A stretch of DNA of 63,469 bases, counting the filler, from Phoronis australis (Eukaryota; Animalia; Phoronida): NCBI GenBank assembly GCA_002633005.1. It is 9 parts of 9 records of this genome, joined end to end, with 100 filler letters (N's around TTAATTAATTAA, not from the genome) between each part and the next. Parts side by side here need not be neighbours in the genome. Positions count along the whole stretch, not along the records: positions 13,724 to 43,958 come from NMRA01000776.1; 8 more parts are not named here. One strand, written 5' to 3'. Within the stretch, counting starts at the first letter, position 1; each line of letters opens with the position of its first letter. A program made the translations under genes and the position numbers. The notes beneath the pieces are model-generated. The model saw only the letters and a list, made by a program, of their open reading frames with translations, searched no databases and was not told where the DNA came from. Shown here piece by piece: positions 22,944 to 34,429 of the stretch.

Positions 22944-24777
22944 GTAAGTCGTAAATTAAAATTATACAAAAACAAAGAATCAAGACCCGCCAACTTCTGC
23001 TTTTAGATGAAAGATCCTTTGTTTACCGGTAGTGTATTCTCATCTGCCTGTATAACATTGGTCAGACACCAAGTATAGGCTGATATCCCTAGATCCAGTA
23101 GACTCACGAGAACAGCTAGTGTGATCACATATGGTTCGCTTTAAAAGCATGGAGATATCGCGTGATGATTTGTGTGTGGCCATGACTTGTGTTTTTGCTT
23201 CCATAACTTACGTCTATGGAATGAAGTTACAAAAAGTCACCTCCTGTATCCAACAAATCCAACCACATGGGACGCTACTTGAGACTGAGTGCACATCCGA
23301 ATTCATTGGCAGTACATACCCTCCCGCAGGGGAATCCACCGACATGGACCTCAAAATCATACATACTCAGCAAATTACATCACACACTTAACACGCCGCT
23401 TGCTCTCATGTGCACCAGGAGGGAGACTGTGAACCAGTTTGAGTGGTATCACAACAAGCAAAGAAGCGTTTACTTTGCTTCTACAATGGTGTGCAGGCGT
23501 TGAGACTTTAGATGCGGTGCACACGTTTTGCGCATGTCACACTCGTAAGCCTTCGTACTTCCCCAGAGAATATTGAACGGGCAATAAAGCCGCGGTTTCT
23601 TTCAAAACAACTTTTGTTTAGATCACTTACTGTAAGAAAAGGACTTCATATTGTGCCTGACCCACATTGGAAAGGACGTCTAGGCAATGCGACAAACAGA
23701 CAGATCGTTACTGCTTCAAATCAGGCCCATAAAGTGATTGGCACAGGGATTCAGTAGATTTCCGTCGCCAAGGCAGTTTGGTCACTGGGGATTCCAGTCA
23801 TTGATTGAAGCCAATTTCAAAATAAAATAGCAATGATATTTGAATTGACTCATTGTGTCCATTTTGACACACTATGTCATTTTTTCTTTCTTACGTAGGT
23901 CCATTTTCGCTCTTCCAATCCATTTTCACTAGTTAAATCGGTACTATTAATTTAAGAAAAAATAATAATTTATATTTAGCTGATTGAAGAGAACGGCTAT
24001 TGATACCGTCAATTCCCTCAATTATGTTGAAATGCACAAAATAGCTCCCGGGTCTTGACCCGTCGTACGCATTTTTACCCACTGTGTCCATTCTGACTCA
24101 TTATGTTAACTTTTGCCTGTTCAGTCTATCCTTGCCAATACTTTATTGTTAAAAATAATTTTTTATTTTCCACATCTATATTAAAACGTCTTCTCGTTTT
24201 TATTCTACGATATTTTTAAAACAGGAATAAGTTATTAAAAGTTGCATGCATCCATTATCTGTGCCAATAGATAGGATATGTTGTCAGTAAGGACAGCGGT
24301 TTAAAAAAACGAGTGTTCTAAAAAGCATCTCATCCACGAACTTATTATTCGCCCTCACTTGCTACGCTAGCAGTTCACGCTTGTTGTTAAGGCCCACGAA
24401 GGAGCGTAATTTTGAAAACATCTCTTTTCAGGGTTTTTAAAACTAAAATGGATTTAAATCAGTAATTTTTTTAAGAACATGTGATTTTAAGCTTAATCTT
24501 AGTTTCAAACTTTCGCTAAGGTTGCCCTAAACAAATGGAAAATCAAAGCAGAAATGAACCCAATAAGTTAAATATCTCAGTAAGGTATACATGTATTCCC
24601 GTATCAAGATGTTCATACATGTACGTGTACCTGCAGAAAAAATGAGCTAACAGTTCTGCCATTTGGCAATATGTATTTCTACGCCTGTTCAAGGTATACA
24701 TATTCACATGCACTTAGGAAGTTATGGACGAGTTGCCCGCTTCTAAGTCTGATTGAATATCTGTGATTGACCAGTGG

Positions 24778-24920
24778 TACCTATGGCTCAGCAGAATAGG
24801 TGTCTTCATGTTTAACAAAGGTCCCGGGTTCGAGTTCCGGTCAGGGCAGAAATCTTTTTAGACTGATGTTCATTAGGTCACGTGATATGGTCCAAAGGTG
24901 GTGCGGAAACCAGAATTAAA
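24778..24920 (+). mobile_element. tRNA-derived SINE head (degenerate)
   Basis: A-box-like TGGCTCAGCAG at ~24784 and B-box GGTTCGAGTTCC at ~24827; no intact cloverleaf. Confidence 0.6.
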
Positions 24921-25536
24921 AATGTTTGAGAAATGTATGAATACGTGAATAAAATTGCCAATGTTTTAAAAAGGAGAAAATTTCAGTTCTAATTATGTCA
25001 ATCACCAATTCGTAACATTACAATGAACCTTGAACTGAGAGTGATGGATAAGGCATTCAGGGTTACTAGTCCTAGAGAAACGAAACCCAGCCCTTGATAT
25101 TTTGTCACACAGTAAGTGTGTAGGGTGTAAGACTTTATATTCAGAATCAACTGATTTCAATGTGACTAATGAAGTTCGGATACATTACGCCTATTTTATC
25201 GCCTTCAGGACCATTAATGTCGATGACAGAACACTTAACGACCGAGTGTTCGCATCACAATGCATCTCAAAAGCCAGCGACTGGACTCTTGTCCAAAATC
25301 GTGGAGTTCTCAGGATGACTGCCTGTTGCAGTAGGCAACAAGAAATGGATACTCTGTTGGTGATGTCACACCCACTGTTTCTGCGGTTTTGTTTGCATCA
25401 ACGGGCTACTATAATAGGTCTCATACATGTATTAAGTTTACTAGCATCAACTTTGGACTTAATGACTGATAAAATATTTGTTTTTGGTTTCATGGCCTCC
25501 GCTATCGATTGAAAACACTTTCGTCTTATTATTCAG

Positions 25537-25732
25537 CTGTACGACTGGTGAAGAAACATCTGCGAAAAACGCCGCTCAGCAAACAGGTGTGAAACCTTCA
25601 AACACTATTACCACCGACTCAACTACATTGAAAATGGTCATGTTTGCCCCCCCATTGCCCGCAACTGTAACAGTGGAGGTAGAATTGGCGATATGTGTGA
25701 CCGCAAATGACCCAACCTGCCAGCCAGTGCAG
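25537..25732 (+). CDS. ZP-domain protein, exon 3 (ZP-C core)
   Basis: Acceptor attcag|, donor CAG|gtatgg, phase 2-0; CTTGEE...TLKMVMFAPPLPATVTVEVELAICVTANDPTCQPVQ. Confidence 0.8.
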
Positions 25733-26199
25733 GTATGGACGGTTTTATTTACAGTTAAAACGCTGTCATTAACTTTACTCCATGTCAAAGACAGAGTTTA
25801 TTTGATTCTGGTTTGCGTAATTCTGGTGTGGTTATACAGTATTTTTGCTGCGCGAGTCTTCATATCTTCTTAACCAGCTTCAGTGGCACAGCGTCGTGGC
25901 GATGGTCAGTGCTGGTGACGACCGTGGCGGGGGGGGGGCTGACGCTTGTCATTCTGAAGTTACGACCTCAGTAGGGACGTAGGAAGCGGGGGGGGGCGAG
26001 GGGGCACGGGCCCCAACAAAAATTCAGGCCGTGGAAACCGACATACGTGTACGCGTGGGGCGGGGATAGTCGAGAAAAGAAAGACTGCTAAATACAGCAG
26101 GAGAGAAACTTGAAGAGAACATTTAACAACTCTGTGTCAGTGCATGGTTTACCTTTTGCGGCCTCCGGTTTCGCAGCACAGGTTGTAAAAACGCACTTG

Positions 26200-26690
26200 A
26201 AAACGTTCACGTAATGATTCATACAGAATTTGTTAAATGCACGACACTTTTCATTGTCCAAACGTCAAACAATGTAACATTGGTCAAACGATTTGCAGTC
26301 TTTCCCGTCGGTTATCCATGCATCTTCAAAATGGCGCCATTCAAGATCATTTTCTGCAATGCCACGCACGTAAAATCACCCGTCAAGAAATTGCGGAAAA
26401 CACGTCAATTCGCTACGTGGAGCAAGATGTGCTGCGTTTGAAAGTATTAGAGTCCATTTTAATTGCTTTTGAGAAGCCTGTTTTGAATGAGCAGCAAACA
26501 GAGTCGCGCCGCACGTTACACTTGTTTGCATGACTTTCCTGTTAACCCCCCTCACTAGTCATTCGTTGCAGTATTTCACACCCGCCGTGTCTCACTGTGT
26601 GTGTCGTCAGCTTATACTCTGTGGTGGCATTACTGCGTCATTTTATCTTCACTTGAGAATGAAACAAGTATGTTTCGAAATATCGTGTGT
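26200..26690 (+). mobile_element. Second Penelope-like fragment: GIY-YIG C-terminus and 3' flank
   Basis: ORF 26237-26533 has NIGQT..SLSRRLSMH.QNGAI..H...RL.VLE.ILI...KPVLN.Q; followed by CTTGAGAATG...CGAAA pLTR-like sequence. Confidence 0.75.
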
Positions 26691-28099
26691 CTTTTAATTA
26701 TGTCGCTAGGTCAGTTACTGTATCTATGCTCAGTTGAAAGTAGACTTTTGTTCCGAAAGTACGAACGTAACGGAATAAAGACTGTGAACAATGAAAAGTC
26801 GTGCATTTAACAAATTCTGTAATGATTCATGCATATGTTTCGGAAAAATGAAAAATTTGTAAAACGAATCCGCTTTGCGGAGCGTATTAATTTTCTGGAT
26901 TTTTAAATTCACTAAATAAGTCAATTTTGCTACTGCAAAACCACATTTTTCCAGACCTGCCCCTCATTGGCAAGGGATAACGGAGACAACTGTCGCTTTT
27001 TTCTCGAATTGTATATCACTTGAGAAAAATTGATGATCTGACAAGAGACATCATCAATTCTGCACATTTCTTGATTTTTCAAAATATGGATATTTTCGTA
27101 TTGAAGGGCCCCGCCCTGGAAGAAGGCCATTGATGACATTCAAGTGGCCACCTTTTTGTGTTTTTATTGACAAATTCTTAAGGGTCCACTCACGGAGAAA
27201 GGGCCCAAAGTTGGACTCTATTACGTCTTTTTTCCTGTTTTTTGTGAAATCGTGCAACCAACTTTCATGTTGAGGAAGGTCACTTCCTGCACCGTCTTGT
27301 GACCACACGACGGTGGAATGAACTGGCACTCTTTTCCAAGCTTAATGCTGTTTAGCTTTTAATAATTAAGGTGTCCCATTTCAGACGGCATCCTCTCTAG
27401 GTGGAGCAGTTCGGAGAAATGTCCCTTTGTCCCTCTATACATGTACATCCGACACTGCCTACTTTTCCCGAGGGAAGTTGAGATTCACCAAAAAAAAACA
27501 CAAATCGTTCGTGCACAGCGGAGCAGTATCAAGACATTCGACCCAAACAACCAAAAAATGTGAAAAAATACAATTATGAGCCTGACCGCCATCGAAAGGG
27601 CAGAATTTTGAAGAACTTGAAGACCGCTATTTGTTAATTACACAAAAGGACCATTTTCGATGGTTAGTTACAGAATAATGTTACTGTTTCCCATGGTATC
27701 ACAAGGATAGTATCCCTTTTGAAAATGGTTACTTTGAGTTGTTGGTGAGGAATTCCCATATGTGGAAAACCCTGCTGTCGAGGCTACCATTGGGGTGAGC
27801 GTATACATGTCGAACGAGTGTACTCAAATACTCGCAATGATAAAGAAATATTACAGCTTTTTCTGGGGTCAAGTTCAACTAGTGAACCGTTATAGGTATC
27901 TCGGAAATGAGCAAATTTACACCTTATTGGGGACAAATAAAACAACAACAATAATATATATTTTAGGTTGTATTGGGAATTTCAGGGTCACAGCTCTACA
28001 AATGAATTTTCACATAAGGAACCAGATGAGTTCCTTAATTACAAGAGATAAAACACACATTTACGATACCCAATGTGTAAGTGAGTATCGGATACTAAG

Positions 28100-28290
28100 T
28101 GGCACTGGTTAGCATAGTACCAAATGGGTACATAATACCAAACGGGTATTGGCCGATTGCCTACCAACTGGGTCGAGCAAAACGGCAAATTCAGTAATAA
28201 GTACCTAATGAGTACAACTGTCAAATGGGCAAATATCATATAATAAAGTACCAAGTGGGTACATCAAACAGCCAACTGGGCTATAACAAC
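28100..28290. repeat. Degenerate GTACCAAATGGGTAC-like repeats
   Basis: CCAA(A/C/G)TGGG core recurs about six times. Confidence 0.55.
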
Positions 28291-28439
28291 CTGCAAAACT
28301 GGTTCCGGACAAGCTGAGTGAGCAGACCAGCCGGAGTGATAAAAAGAGATGTTGTAAGGAACGTGGTGTTGTGGCTCAGTATGTGCCAAATGGGCAGTGT
28401 TGTTCATGGATGAACAATCCTGTCCACCGCCACAAATGC

Positions 28440-30318
28440 CCTATCTCCCAATTTCAACCGATTTCCCGTCAAAAATCTACGAGCATGCCTGCGGAAAATG
28501 CTTACAACATTCCGTTTTTATCAACAAATTCGTTGGTTTCTCATTTACATGTTTATGTATCTACGAAAACTGTCAGGTTAATAAATGATTTTTTTTGGCA
28601 ATTACAAGATAATCTTTTAAGAAAGGATTTCCACTCAGGGAATTAAGTTGAAGCCTGAATATAGAAAAAACTTTAGTATAATCCGATCTCGAAATAGTAA
28701 AGCGCACCTGGACGCTTTTTGCCTATCCAAAATAATTGATGAAATTTGGACACTTAACAAAATTTACTCACAATTCAAATGACAATAAATGCATTGCTTT
28801 TTTGACTTCGGTTCAAATTCTGTTGTTTAAGCTCACTAACTGGGGATCAAAAAGGAATTAAGTCCTTAAATTAAGGTTAGCGCATTGTTCACGGATTTGA
28901 TTGTTGGTTTCTGATTTACATGTTTATGAAAATGGACTGATTAAGAGCTGATCTTTTACAATTAGAAGCTAAGATTGTAAGAAATGACAATGCTTAAATG
29001 AACTTAGTTGCAGGCCGACATTGGGAAATTTCGATGTATCATCAGATCCCCAAGTATAAAAGTACACCAAATGATTTTTTTCTATCTGAAATAAGTCTCA
29101 AGGAAATTAATGAATTTCGGACAGTTGTACAAAGTGTCCCAAAATGTTCTCACATTTTGAATGACAGTAAATTGTTTCTTGGCTTAGGAACTAGATTACT
29201 GGGTGTAAGTTTACAAACCGCAGATCGAAAAATACGTTTAAGTACTTAAACAAATAAAATCTAAGTCATTGGTCATCAAATTGGAAAGGTTATCCTTGCA
29301 CATCCTTGATGTTTTTAGTTTCCAGTAGTATTGGGCAATGAATTCTTGTTCTTTAAAACTGAATCGTTTGCTAGCATTTCCCGTGCATACTACACACGCG
29401 GCGCACCCAGCCTAAAATATAGGGAAGCTCGAATTTTTGAGGATGTGGACCTTTTACTAAAGAAAAATAAACGGAATACGGGGCTTGTTCAGGGCTATGA
29501 ATTGTGCATACGCCGAATTCTTGCCTAAGTGGACTTTATTCTCGTTTTTCTTGGACTTTTTTGTTACTTTGAGGCGGACCTTTTTGCCCACTTTACCAAA
29601 TTAGAAGAAAGATCGTTCGGGTTTCCCGAGCCCAACCCCCCCCTCTATAGGTGCGCGCATGCACGGAGCACGTCGTGACTGGCACACCGACATTAAAAAT
29701 AAGGTGTAACCATATAGTAGGTCTGCGTAGAATATCAGTTGCCCATGGGAACTGAATTTGAACTCCAGACGTTGAAGTGTGTACATTTCTGGGACACACT
29801 CGGTATCATTTCCCCCAGCAACCAGAACAAACTGGACTACCTGCAGTGTTTCATCTAGGGATTATGAAACGGCCACAAAGGCACTCATACCCGGCACCTC
29901 GGGACCTTACCTTTCCAAAAATTACTTCACAGAATGGCCATAATAAATTGAAGTTTTCCCTGAAATTATATCGTAATAAAACAAACCTTGACCTTCAACA
30001 AGAGCAGAAGAATAGGTACGAATCCACTGTTGGAACCCAGCTATAATTGCGTCAGGCAGCTCCCAGCTACCCGTCAGTGCGCTGGCCCTAGACCCATTCT
30101 TATTCTCCGTGAAACATTGTTGGTTCACGGTTACTCAAATCCTGATGCCTGCATCCCCGATATTACCCCCACCTACGGCGGACGCGGTGGGTGTCGGTAC
30201 AAATATGGTGACATCCAGAGAACGGGTAGGGGAGGGGGTGGCGTTAGCAAGGGGGTAGGTTGACGAAGTCAAATTGGTTTGTGACCCCCACAATACTTTT
30301 TTCTTTCCTACGGGCCTG
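28440..30318 (+). repeat. Long diverged repeat, copy 1 (paralog of 40620-41949)
   Basis: Collinear shared blocks such as ACATTCCGTTTT, AGAAGCTAAnnTTGTAAGAAATGA, GTTTTTAGTTTCCAGTA, GAAGTGTGTACATTT, TGTTGGTTCACGGTTACT and CCTACGGGCC. Confidence 0.8.
29395..29661. mobile_element. Older copy of the CATGCGCGCACCCA MITE family
   Basis: Ends CACGCGGCGCACCCAGCC / AGGTGCGCGCATG; absent at the matching point of the 40620-41949 paralog; TSD decayed. Confidence 0.65.
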
Positions 30319-30721
30319 ACTTATCTTAAGGAAGCGCACACTGTAGGACCAGCCACATCTGTTGAAAACTGGCTTTACTCATGCGTTTGTGTGGCTTTTG
30401 AAAAAATAAGAACTTGACCAAAAACAATGTTTATTCTGGCGAGACATAGGTTTAAAAAAGAGTCGGGATGCAGACCAGAACCAAATATGTTCTTTTTGCG
30501 TTATGATCCATTGGAGGTTTAAGATGAAATTTTGTTAATTCACTTCGTTTCTGGGCAGGGGAGAAAAACATTGTCGGCCGATAAACTAAAGGAAAATTAA
30601 TTTGCAAGTACCCTTGACACCCACTTGACTATATTTTTGGTCATTGTCAGCTGGTCCATCGTTTTTCCAGTTTAGTTCATCTTGTATAACAGTGTCCCAA
30701 AATATGCTCACACTCCAAGAC

Positions 30722-30865
30722 TAGTGCTGTAGTGGTAAGTAGGCGCCCAAAGCCCACCGTATCACCTTGAACACTGAAAGTAACTTACGGTGCGTAGGCG
30801 CTACGTTCAAATGCCAAAAGGTGGTTGGCTGCGCCTACGTGCGCCTACGCCCCACCAAAGCACTG
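30722..30865 (-). mobile_element. hAT-type MITE, independent insertion of the 4540-4683 family
   Basis: Reverse-complement homolog; 8-bp TSD TCCAAGAC at 30714-30721 and 30866-30873. Confidence 0.85.
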
Positions 30866-31304
30866 TCCAAGACTTTTTGCAAACAATTCCCCTCCTAACT
30901 CAATAAACAACACCCTTATTTTTATTTAAAGTGTGAGAACAATTTGGGACACCTGCAGTTTTATCTAGATGTAGTGAAACATTATGAACCATGAGCAAAA
31001 CGTGCCCCAACAAGTTCGATCTACGCTCACTTTTTTAGTTAAGGCAAAGACTCAAGAGACAATTATGGAAAAGGGACTGCAATGACTAATTGACAAATAA
31101 AACAGAAATCCATCGACTGTAAAGTGGTAATTATTGATAGTCTATCTGCATTGTGTAGCTCTGATGCAATGTCGAGGACCAGAAGATCAAACTGTTGGCA
31201 CACATATATATTGTTAGGACTCTATCCTTTACATTTAAGACACTCTGATCACTCTTATCACCTTGACTGTGAACCTTGTTTAACGTGTTCTAAACAAATT
31301 TTAG

Positions 31305-31392
31305 AACTGCAACTTGAAGCGAAGAAGACGTGACGTTCACCGAGGGAATGTCATTTTTGCCCACGCCAATTTCACCGTGTCTGTCAAGAAGG
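31305..31392 (+). CDS. ZP-domain protein, exon 4 (last Cys, furin site, external hydrophobic patch)
   Basis: Acceptor ttttag|, donor G|gtgagt, phase 0-1; NCNLKRRRRDVHRGNVIFAHANFTVSVKK. Confidence 0.82.
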
Positions 31393-32985
31393 GTGAGTAC
31401 ATTTCCTAGAACGAATACTTTCACGACTGCATACCAACCCTGACCCTTCACTGCAGTGCTAATTTCCTTCTCACGGAAAAACTCGTCGTTTGAGCTGCTG
31501 AACTATCTTTGTCAGTGTTAACATCTAACGGTTACTGGTTCAATTTTTCAATTAACCATTTGAATATCGTAAAATCAAACGAGATTTGTTTTTGCTAAAA
31601 AACAATTAATTTTATCTAGATCATCAAATTTTACTGAAAAACGTATATCAGTACTGGTGTTCACGAGATTAGTACTTGCGAGAATGAGAATTCTACAACA
31701 CTTAATCCAATATATCGTTAACAATAGATATTTCCGAGCAGCAAGCGACAGAGGAGGTGCCGTGAAGTCTGACGAAAAATGTCCCATTAACGAACTGTCG
31801 TTTCAGAAAGTCTATATACGTGCAGTAAAGACTAAGAGAGTTAACAATCAACAACCTTTATGAGGATATTTGTTAGATTAGTACTTACATGAAAAGCCAT
31901 ATCTTTATAGATTAAAGTAAACACATTCCTCTGTTTCTGGTTATCAGAGAGGTAATATTTTGAATGTCTGAATTGAATTTCTTATCCCTTATAACTTGGA
32001 CTTTCGCAATGACCGACGCGTTTGTCTGCCACTACATCGCCTTTTTCGTGACCAGTGTATAAATATCTCAGTCCACCTCATGGCGACATACTTGTAAGCA
32101 GTGTTTTTCAGTTCACTGTTAGAAAACAGTGATGGGGAAGTCCAATTGCTGATGAACAGTGCAAAATTCTCAGACGAAAGCGATGACAACGTGGTTGAAG
32201 CAAATAAAGTGAATCGAGTGCAAGTACCGGTGATGTGCCAAGTAGCTACGTGTTTGCTTGAGCTCGGTTGTAACAGCCTCTGCAGAATTCGGTGGGACTC
32301 GTGCCTGACGGGGCTACAGGATTCGACTGGGCGAACATTGCATCAAATTTTTACTATAATGTACCAAATGTGTGGATAGACTTCAACTGGAAACATGGGT
32401 GGTTAATGTAAAATGTATTCGGAAGATTATGTTTTTGCCACACGAGGAAAATGCTTACCTTTTGTCTCGTTTGCTCGGACTTTTAGTTTCGTTGAGGCTG
32501 ACCTTTTTGCTTTCGTTCGAGCCCCCCACGCCTCTAAGTGATCATGCTCTCTTTCACACTCATTCTTTCACTAACACTCTATAATATACATGAACATGTA
32601 TGCTAGTGCACATTATACACGTGCAATCAAATTCTATGCAGATGCGTATGGTTGTACGTGCGTGTACGTGTGCTTGCGTGCATGCTTGTTTTGGGGAAAA
32701 TTTTAAAGAGACATCAGACCCAACGTTTTGATGTAGTCTCACTTTGTTCCTTAGGTTGCATTTGTGAGCTCCGGTAGGACTACAATTTTATGAACTTAGG
32801 CTGAAGAAATAACGAACTGTTGGTTCTTTACAAGCAGATATCAAACATGCTTTGACTTAAGGAACATCTTAAGATCAATTCCATGTTGGTAAGTGACCCA
32901 AGTCAAAAGGTGTTTTTACAGAAAGCTCGATGTTCATGTCGCTTTACAAAATCTCATTTTCGTGTTCTCTGCATGATTATTTCAG

Positions 32986-33173
32986 AAAACAACGAGAAAA
33001 AGACAGATCTGCAACCTCTTTGTGCTGGGTATACCAGCAACACCGTTTTCTACGTGGTTGTCGTTGTACTTGCGGTACTTCTCGTGATAACCATTGGCGT
33101 CGCTGCTTACTTTGGGGCACAGGCGAAGAAGCAGGTCTCTTTGACTGGAAAAGACAACCCAGTTTACACCTAA
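32986..33173 (+). CDS. ZP-domain protein, terminal exon (TM helix and NPxY tail)
   Basis: Acceptor tttcag|, phase 1; ENNEKKTDLQPLCAGYTSNTVFYVVVVVLAVLLVITIGVAAYFGAQAKKQVSLTGKDNPVYT then TAA. Confidence 0.85.
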
Positions 33174-33399
33174 AAGTTTTAATCACGTTCTTGAATACTA
33201 AGAGATCTCTCTTTTCCAACGTGAACGTAACTAGAATGTCATTTTGACACTTGTGTGTTTGCTTAACAAAGGAACTCTTTGCACTACGTTATAATTATAA
33301 ATCACAAAGCGTATTGTAACGTAAGCCAATTTAGTACTCCAAGCGTATTCGCAAACGATACTCTTTTAACTACAGTTCTTGAACAAAGGACATCGAAAA

Positions 33400-33799
33400 G
33401 AGTACGAGNTGAAAACTATTATCTCTGAACTGAAATTGAAGTGCTGAGATACGGTAAGAGGACTTATTTTTTTAGATTTGCTGTGCTTCTTGGTTTCCTT
33501 TCGATATTTTGTTCTCTGGCTCGTATTTATTTTCGAGTACGATTTCAAGCACACTGCCATACCAAACTTGAAATTTGAGCATAGACTCCGAATTTTTACT
33601 CAAAATCGTACTCGAAATATAGATGAGATACACTTCAGTTGGAGTACACTCGAAAACTGAGTACGTGCTCGAAATTTCGAGTACAGATTTTTCGAGTATG
33701 ACATTGAATACACTAAAGCTGAGTCTGTACTCGAGTTGAGTATGAAGTGTGAGTTTGAGCATGATTCGAGTCTGAGTACGGAGATTGGAGACCGGGCCC
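33400..33799. mobile_element. Young non-autonomous element rich in (TTTC)GAGTAC subrepeats
   Basis: Terminus ATTGGAGACCGGGCCC; 33729-33799 is the exact reverse complement of 53061-53131. Confidence 0.7.
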
Positions 33800-34429
33800 A
33801 GGTCTTTGATGGACAGGCGTTCAACGCCACCAACAGATCCCATGATTTCGAACGGGAACTTTCAACCTGATATAAACAGTATTTCATAAAACCTTTCCAA
33901 ATTTCTTCTGCTGTTTGGTGGGATGCACTAAGGCCTCATGCAAGAAAGGAAAGCTTTTGAAATATCAATGGATGAACAAGGACATCATGTTCCATACATG
34001 TACATTTCCCACTGGGGAGAAGAATCCACTTAAAATGATTATGGCTGCAGCTGATAAAGCGAAAATTTTTCGATCCCTGCCGGAGTAAAAAATAAACTAA
34101 ATTTATTGAACTTAAACTTTTTTTCGCTGAGAGGGTGCAAAATGGTTCATCTGAAATCATTCATTAAATACTTTAAAATTTCGTGTTTTAGAAGATTGAC
34201 GAGAGGGTCTGGAAGAAATTTTTATTTTCTACAAATCACTGGCAGAGTACTTTCACGCAACGTGTATAATAAGTTTGTTACTTGACAACATAAAAAACAA
34301 AAGTTCAGAATATGTGGGGAGATTGTCCTAATAGAGAACATTTTGGTGAATGGTGGAGAACTGTCTATAGATCAAATTCTTCGTTCCCTAAAGACACAAA
34401 TCTTAAAACACTCTATTTTTCAATAAGTT

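Noticed and set aside
24778-24850. tRNA gene
   Set aside because: A and B boxes are present, but the acceptor and anticodon stems do not pair; a SINE head fits better.
25102-25512. 136-aa ORF next to ZP exon 3 as an extra exon
   Set aside because: No motif, no convincing donor, and ZP exons 2 and 3 already join in phase at G|C.
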